A DNA stretch of 64,000 nucleotides. It comes from Nitrosopumilaceae archaeon (GTDB lineage: Archaea; Thermoproteota; Nitrososphaeria; Nitrososphaerales; Nitrosopumilaceae). Made by a program: the position numbers and the translations under genes. The stretch spans positions 576,001 through 640,000 of the forward strand of contig CBDBCR010000001.1 of assembly GCA_965203465.1 (NCBI GenBank), read 5' to 3'. The notes beneath the pieces are model-generated. The model did not search any database. It saw only the letters and a list, made by a program, of their open reading frames with translations, and had not been told where the DNA came from. Positions 58,252 through 64,000 of the stretch are shown here, piece after piece. Within the stretch, counting starts at the first letter, position 1. Each line of letters starts with the position of its first letter.

Positions 58252-59660
58252 GCGCCAGCGGCGCCCGGATCAGTGGCGACAACTACCAGCACCTGTTCGC
58301 CTGGCTCAAGGTGCTGGAGGCGAGATCTCAAGACATCGAAAGCGTCGGAATCGAAGATCCCGACGCGGAAAACGCGGACGACGTGACGGTGTACATGAAA
58401 GACGGGAGGCGGGAATGCTACCAAGCAAAGTATTCGAACGACGCGAGCCGGCCCGCGACGCTCGAATGGCTCACCGAATCCGAACCGGGCGGGCGGAGCA
58501 TGGTGCAGGGGTTTTACGAGCTGTGGAAGGGGGCAGAGATCAAGCCCCGGATAACACTGGCGACCAACCGGCCCCCGGGCGGCGATCCGCTGGCGGGGCT
58601 GGCAGACGGAGACGACGACACCGTCGCGCGCCGCCTAGAGCACGCAAAACCCGGATCCAAAGAAGGCCGCCTGTGCGCCAGTCTGGCCGGCCACCTCGGA
58701 GCGTCCACAGCCGACACCGTGGCGTTTCTTCGCGACGTCCGGTTTTATTTCAGATCAAGGGGGGAGCTGATCGGGCTGGTCAAGGAACGCATGGGCGCCG
58801 CGGGCCTCTGCAACGACGACGACGCGGTTGCCAGAGGCGTCGGCATTGTGCGGGACTGGACGACGGGGGGCAAAAGAAGAATCGCCAGGGCGCAGCTGCT
58901 CTCTGCCCTCGAGCCCCTAAAGCGCCCGCCCCGTTCTACGGCGTCGATCCTGGTCCAGATGCTCGACCGCGATCCGGAGCCGGCAAGCGCCACTATTTCG
59001 TTCGACTGGACGGATCTGTTTCCGGGCAGCGAGCCCAGGCGCGTGCCGTCGGATCCGGGTCTGTGGAACTCTGAATTCCTGCCGGCGTTCAGGCGGGCGG
59101 CGCGGACGCTGCGCTCGCGACACCACGCGCACGTGCTGGTGCGGGGGTACATGCGCCTGCCAACGTGGTTCGCGGTGGGCGCGGCGCTGGCCGAGGCCGC
59201 CTACTCTGAAGTCTCGTACCTCGAGGGGGAGGAGGAACGGTCGTCCGCGGGGGAGATATCCAGAGTAGACGTCGAGTGCTACGTGTCCGACCTGGGCCCC
59301 GGCCGGGACGTTGCGGTGGGCGTCGCGCTGGCATCGGATCCGTCGCCCGAAGCGGTGAAGTACATACGCGGCCAGATTCCGGGCGTCGGCAGATATGCCA
59401 GCGTCCGCCACCCCGGCGGGGCCAGCCGCCGGGCTATACGGGACGCGGCCGAAGCCGGGGGCTGGGCCCTCGGAGCGTGCGACTCGATCCGCCGCCTCTG
59501 CCAGAGCGGGCCGGAACGGGTGCACCTCTTCATGTCGGCGCCGCGCGGCGTGGCGCTGCTGCTGGGCCGCCTGTGGACCCGCATGCCTTGCACGCAGCTC
59601 TACGAGGATCTCGGACCGGGCAAGGGATACTGCCCTTCCTACCTGTTCCCTGCCTCCTAG
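58248..59660 (+). CDS. Cap4-like endonuclease-SAVED effector
   Basis: GARISGDNYQH, E...DDV...YQAK nuclease motifs; C-terminal VHLFMSAP..VALLLGRLW...QLYE SAVED pattern; only CTG 58248 is available as start. Confidence 0.85.
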   Translation: MSASGARISGDNYQHLFAWLKVLEARSQDIESVGIEDPDAENADDVTVYMKDGRRECYQAKYSNDASRPATLEWLTESEPGGRSMVQGFYELWKGAEIKPRITLATNRPPGGDPLAGLADGDDDTVARRLEHAKPGSKEGRLCASLAGHLGASTADTVAFLRDVRFYFRSRGELIGLVKERMGAAGLCNDDDAVARGVGIVRDWTTGGKRRIARAQLLSALEPLKRPPRSTASILVQMLDRDPEPASATISFDWTDLFPGSEPRRVPSDPGLWNSEFLPAFRRAARTLRSRHHAHVLVRGYMRLPTWFAVGAALAEAAYSEVSYLEGEEERSSAGEISRVDVECYVSDLGPGRDVAVGVALASDPSPEAVKYIRGQIPGVGRYASVRHPGGASRRAIRDAAEAGGWALGACDSIRRLCQSGPERVHLFMSAPRGVALLLGRLWTRMPCTQLYEDLGPGKGYCPSYLFPAS

Positions 59661-59678
59661 GGCCCGGCGCGCCCGCGC

Positions 59679-60284
59679 TCACCGCATCTTGGCGAACCGA
59701 ACCACGCGCATCGCGCCGCCCGACATCTCCTCGAGCGGCTTGGCGAACGCCGTAAAGTCGCCGTCGTTCGAGACCAGCGCGGCCTTGCCATCCAGTGAGC
59801 GCGCTATCGTGACCGCCTGCATCATTATGATCCTGTCCGTTTTCGCATCCTCGTAGAGGCGCCTGAGCGCGGGCTTTGGGCTGGCCTCGGCCGACTTTGC
59901 GCTTATCCTCCAGGCGCTGAACAGGCGGGCCTTTTTGGCCTTTAGCCACGCGCGCGCCTCGGCGGTGCCCGGCTCGTTGACGGCTGCCATGTGCATCCGC
60001 TCGATTCTGCGCAGCAGGCCGCCGTCCCTTCCTGGCTCTTGGTACATGTCGTATATCCAGTTCTTTTTGGCCCCCTTTACGCGGCCCATCCACGCGATGT
60101 CGTTCCTGCCCCTTCCCCTCTTGTTGGCCTTTTGGAGGCGCTTGAACTCTGTCTCGACGGCGCGCGGGACCACGAGCTTGCCGTCCAGCCGCCTCTCGAA
60201 CCAGGCCGGCCCCCTGCCGATCTCGTGGTACGATTTGAGCACGAGCACCACCGCGCTAGTCTCCATGATGGCCGTCCCGTCCAC
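59679..60284 (-). CDS. PIN-domain protein
   Basis: IMETS, VPRAVETEF, TDRII, LVSNDGDF acidic positions. Confidence 0.72.
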   Translation of the reverse strand: MDGTAIMETSAVVLVLKSYHEIGRGPAWFERRLDGKLVVPRAVETEFKRLQKANKRGRGRNDIAWMGRVKGAKKNWIYDMYQEPGRDGGLLRRIERMHMAAVNEPGTAEARAWLKAKKARLFSAWRISAKSAEASPKPALRRLYEDAKTDRIIMMQAVTIARSLDGKAALVSNDGDFTAFAKPLEEMSGGAMRVVRFAKMR

Positions 60285-60728
60285 CCGCGCGGCCCCGCGC
60301 GCTGCTATTCATAGGTTGCAGCCGCGCCCCGGCAGGGCGGCCCTGGCCGGATCCACAAACTCGGCCGTCGCGCCCGTGCCCCTCCGGTTGAGCTGCGGGC
60401 GCGCCGTGGGCAAACCCGCGCCTTGGGGCGGCTCGTAGGCGGCAGCCGGCGACTCCGCCTGTGCCAGGCCGGCGGCCCGCCATCTGGCAGGAGCGTGGCG
60501 GGATCCACGATGTGCCCGCGGCTCGGCGTCGATTCCCGGCAGTCGGCGCCAAGCTGCGCCCCGCGCCCGCAAGGGCGTCTCGGAAAGGACGGGCCGGCGG
60601 TGAACGATAGTCCGGAACGACGGGCGGATCGCGGGCAATATTGTACAGCTCGGCCTGCTAGGGCATTCTGCACGAACGTTGACGGCGTTGCAGGGGATGT
60701 TTAAGCAGTTCCCGTTCCGTGCCCCTGC

Positions 60729-60860
60729 ATGCCAAAATACCCCGGAAAGGCCGACAAGGCTGACTTGGACAACAATGCCCACCAGCTCAATCCGGAACAC
60801 TCCGCGTACAAGGGGCCGGCCCGGCCGCCGCCCCCAAAAAGCGCCAAGAAAGGCTCCTGA
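60729..60860 (+). CDS. Microprotein (43 aa) with DLDNNAHQLNP motif, not in ORF track
   Basis: TTTAAG at 60700-60705, ATG at 60729; MPKYPGKADKADLDNNAHQLNPEHSAYKGPARPPPPKSAKKGS. Confidence 0.7.
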   Translation: MPKYPGKADKADLDNNAHQLNPEHSAYKGPARPPPPKSAKKGS

Positions 60861-61898
60861 CCGGCTAGCGCCGCCCGGGGCGGGCCCCATCACGACGACC
60901 GTCTGAATCGCCGCATTCTGGCACATGCGGCTACTTGGGACGCGCCAGAGCGACGGGCATCTTGTCGCCCACGTACGGGCGAAGGCGCCGATCCCACGTT
61001 TCGAGCCGCCAGATCCGCCGCGCAGGAACCGGCGTCGCTTGGCAGGCGCGGAGCGCGCCGCCTGCGGGCGCACTATCCGCGCGGCGCCCTGGGCAAGAAC
61101 GGGACGGCGGCAAAAAAGGCGATCGCAGGCGGTGCGTCGGGCCGGACGGACGGGGCGCGCCGCGGATCGCCTGCGTTTTTGGATCCTGGAAGAGGTCGGT
61201 TTCGGGCGCAGAAAAGCGGCCCAAGCCCCAGCGGAAAGAGCGTCCGGTTGTCCAAGTACAGCGCAAAAAAAAAAACGCCGAGTGGTACGATCTTTGATCG
61301 TGCAAGCCAATCCTTGATGGGCCGTGGTCGTCTATCTAGCCAGCACTCTTGTACTGGTTATGATCGCGCCTGCCCGGCCGTGCGGATTCCCAAAGCCCTT
61401 CTATTCTTGATCTGTAACTACCCAGTACAATTCTGCTATCGTGCAGACTATGCCCAGTATTGCGATCGCTTTTTTCAACGATGTCATTGTGCAGATGTAC
61501 GTTTACTTGGCATTTAAACCCCCCGCTACGTCTCACCGGGTGCTTTGTACGGGCCGCGGATCTCGGCGATCGGGCGTTTTGTGGCTGTTCCGGAAGCGGT
61601 TCCGCGGCCCGGGCCCCCGCTCCGCGCCTCCGGCCGGCAGGTGCGCCCTCGGCCGGCCTTTCCTCGCCGGGCGCCCGACGTGGCGGATCGAGCTTTGAGG
61701 GGCGCGCGCTTTGGCAGCCGGCCGTGACCGACAAGCGCGGCGTCCGGGAAAAGCCGGCCCCGGGCCGCAAAAACCGGTCCGCGCGGCCCCCGCAGGCGCC
61801 GGGCCTCGGATGCGCCGGAATCCGCCGTTCTGGGGGATCCTGCGGCAGCCGTCCGGAACAATGGATATATGCGGCATTCGCGGGCACGCGCCGCCGAA

Positions 61899-62180
61899 AT
61901 GGCGAAGATCGAGATCAAGGCCGTGCACGCCTGCGACGTGGCGGAGATCTTGAGAAAGTACGGTCAGTACGACGCGTTCGTGGAGAACCGCATGGCGTGC
62001 TATGTCTGCGGCAAGACCGTCAACGAGGGCAACATGGCCGGCCTGCGGAGGTCCGGGAACGGGGTGGAATTCGCCTGCGGGGAGGCGGCATGCTACGGCG
62101 CCGTCCTGAAGAGCGTAGCGGGAAAACGGGCCGACGCGGCCGCCGGCCCGCGTCGCGCGCCCGGCGGCAGCTCGCCCTGA
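61899..62180 (+). CDS. Small putative zinc-binding protein
   Basis: KAVH..D, CYVC...CGEAAC; ATATAT near 61865 upstream. Confidence 0.72.
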   Translation: MAKIEIKAVHACDVAEILRKYGQYDAFVENRMACYVCGKTVNEGNMAGLRRSGNGVEFACGEAACYGAVLKSVAGKRADAAAGPRRAPGGSSP

Positions 62181-62420
62181 GTAGGCGGCCGGCCCGCGGG
62201 GAAGCCTTGCGCGGGCCGATCCCGGCGAGCGGCTCTTCCGCCGCAATCATTCTGTCGCGCCGGGCGAGTGCAATTCGCGTCTGCTAGGACGCCGGCCCAG
62301 ACCGGTCGCGGAGGCCGAACCGCCCTTCATCGCGCGCAGGATCGTGCACGGCGGGAGGGCGACGGCCGAGGGCCAGCGGACGGTTCGCGGACGCAAATCG
62401 CGACTCATCCGCCAAGCCCT

Positions 62421-62834
62421 CTACGCCCATACGTGTATCTGGTTGCCGATCTTGCCCCCCAGCCCGATTCGGCGTATGAGATTTTCCATGGCTTCCCTGT
62501 CTCCGCGGGGCACGATCACGTGCAGCGGGGCGGGAATCTTGGTGTCGGGCATAACAAGACACCCCCATGCGCGCAGCTGTCCTTCGGCGTGTTCGGTGTG
62601 GGGGCCGGACACGTCCGTCTCTGCCTCGCCGATATGGGTCACTCCCCGTTGATCTTTGCCCAGCAGATCGGGAAACTTGCCGTTTACGGCGTACGGTTTC
62701 GGAAGGCGGCTGTATTTTTCATCAAACAGTTGTGGCGTATCCTCTACATCGATGTGAGTCACCTCGACGCCCTTTTCCTTCTCAAGCGCCTTTGCAAGCG
62801 CGTTGATCAAACTCTGGTGCTTCTCAGACGCCAT
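62421..62834 (-). CDS. Small PD-(D/E)xK-like (restriction-fold) protein
   Basis: N-terminal SEKH helix, PDLLG...IGEAET, QL..W, LHVIVP. Confidence 0.6.
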   Translation of the reverse strand: MASEKHQSLINALAKALEKEKGVEVTHIDVEDTPQLFDEKYSRLPKPYAVNGKFPDLLGKDQRGVTHIGEAETDVSGPHTEHAEGQLRAWGCLVMPDTKIPAPLHVIVPRGDREAMENLIRRIGLGGKIGNQIHVWA

Positions 62835-62997
62835 GCCGCTTTACCCACATCGGCAGTTAAGCGTGTTCCGTCGGCAGCCACAGCGACGAGGCACGCGGGC
62901 AAGGACCAGGATTGGCAGCTGTACCGGGGCAAGAAGGAGCGGCGATCTAGGCCGGGCGCCGGCCTCGGTTCTGGAGCGGCGAGGCGCACGGCCGCGC

Positions 62998-63620
62998 CTA
63001 CGCGCGCTTCACCCCGAACTCTTTCATGACCTTCTGCACGACCTCTTCTGCCTCCCTTGGGACGTCGTCTCGTTCCAGATATGACAGGCGCCTTGCGAGC
63101 TCCGCCTTGGGGTACCGTCGCCCGGACCGCCTTTTCCACTCTTCCTGCAGGACGTTGACCGCGCCGCTGCTCCGCCTGCGCCTGTCCAGTTCCTCCGCGG
63201 ACAACCCGAACTCTATCCCGTGTTTTCTCGCCAGCTGCCTGCTGTATCTTGCCAGCATCGAGCTCGGAAACAAGTCCTCAAAGTCGCCGTCCAGAAAATG
63301 GCACTGGTTCGCGGCGAGTATGCCTTCCTCTACGAGTTTGTCAACGTGCTTGCGCGCCCTGCTGTCCTTGTCCAAAAGGACGAAGATCTTCTTTCCTGAC
63401 ATCTTCAGGTACCGGATCAGCGGCCCGAGGTGCTTTGCGTTGCCGCACCCCCCTATGTCGAGCGTCCAGGGGGCCATCGCTACCTCGTAGCCCAGGGTGC
63501 GGGCCAGCGCCGGTATCGCGGTGTCTTCGGACTTGCCCTCCGCGCAGCACAGGTAGTCGCTGTCAAGCACGTCCGAGTAGCTTGTCCCCATGCTGGATCT
63601 GATCAGGTTTTTTTCCGCGC
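62998..63620 (-). pseudogene. OLD-family TOPRIM C-terminal domain lacking its ATPase
   Basis: AEGKSE, IGG, LLDKD, DFED, late K.ELA; upstream sequence is antisense to other genes; possible ATG at 63591. Confidence 0.72.
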
Positions 63621-63850
63621 GCGAAATCCCCGAATCTGCGGACGATCCCTCGAATCCGGCCCGGCACATAGTGGACGACCGCCAGGGCAGGGCGTGGCCG
63701 TGCAGCCCGGGATTCCTGCAGTACCACCTGCTGTACCCAGAGGACAGCTGGCAGCCGATCAGGGGCGGCAGCAGCGGCGCGATAACGTGGATCGTGGATC
63801 GCGCCTGCAGCATGGTGGACAGGCGGAGCCTCTGGGGGCCGGCGGTTTGA
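63590..63850 (+). pseudogene. C-terminal remnant of an E2-like (CEHH-type) protein
   Basis: RAWPCSPGFLQYH....DSW..IRG...G.I.WIV resembles the C..G..EYH....DSW pattern; in-frame stop at 63578 prevents upstream extension. Confidence 0.5.
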
Positions 63851-64000
63851 AGATCCGCCGCGTGGACCTTCCGCGCAAGATCCTGCAGCAGACGTTCGAT
63901 TTTCTGGGGGAGCGGGGATCGCGCGGGCTCGAAGCACACGCCATGTGGGCGGGCGCGGTCTCGGAAGGGACGTTCGGCGTATCGGCCGCGATATTCCCGC
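63847..64000 (+). CDS. JAB/MPN-domain peptidase N-terminus (runs off window), not in ORF track
   Basis: TTGA overlap with the upstream stop; LKIRRVDLPRKILQQTFDFLGERGSRGLEAHAMWAGAVSEGTFGVSAAIFP with the E...WAG motif. Confidence 0.68.
   Translation, partial: MKIRRVDLPRKILQQTFDFLGERGSRGLEAHAMWAGAVSEGTFGVSAAIFP

Noticed and set aside
61180-61520. Low-GC patch with an A11 run as a phase-variable gene
   Set aside because: The hydrophobic frame has several stops, so one indel would not restore it; at most a decayed membrane-protein gene

Overview
High-GC archaeal window. Gene content and order (class I LysRS, Elp3, ABCE1, DHQ synthase II, PAC2, cupredoxin, Lrp ligand-binding domain, stand-alone 5S rRNA, TATA-like boxes about 25 nt before mostly GTG/TTG starts) fit a Nitrosopumilaceae (Thaumarchaeota) genome, possibly a host-associated lineage (inference). 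Positions 1 to about 44,050 are dense housekeeping genes: uvrA/uvrC, citrate synthase, purM, lysS, elp3, tRNA-His, aro and his genes, pentose-phosphate genes, 5S rRNA, ABCE1, a thrC-like gene with a Ubl-E1 fusion, and a surface-glycan/ABC-2 cluster. From about 44,050 to the right edge is a gene-poor, partly decayed defence island. It holds IS5- and IS66-family remnants, a frameshifted DUF5678/retropepsin pair, a KAP NTPase, an ABC-ATPase plus TOPRIM (PARIS-like) pair back-to-back with an intact type III CBASS (CdnC-like, HORMA, TRIP13, Cap4-like nuclease-SAVED with a CTG start), a PIN protein, several microproteins missing from the ORF track, a PD-(D/E)xK-like protein, and a deletion scar joining an OLD-like TOPRIM fragment to an E2-like/JAB (Bil-like) operon that runs off the window. 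A roughly 76-bp MITE-like repeat occurs three times. All family assignments come from reading motifs by eye; no database search was run.
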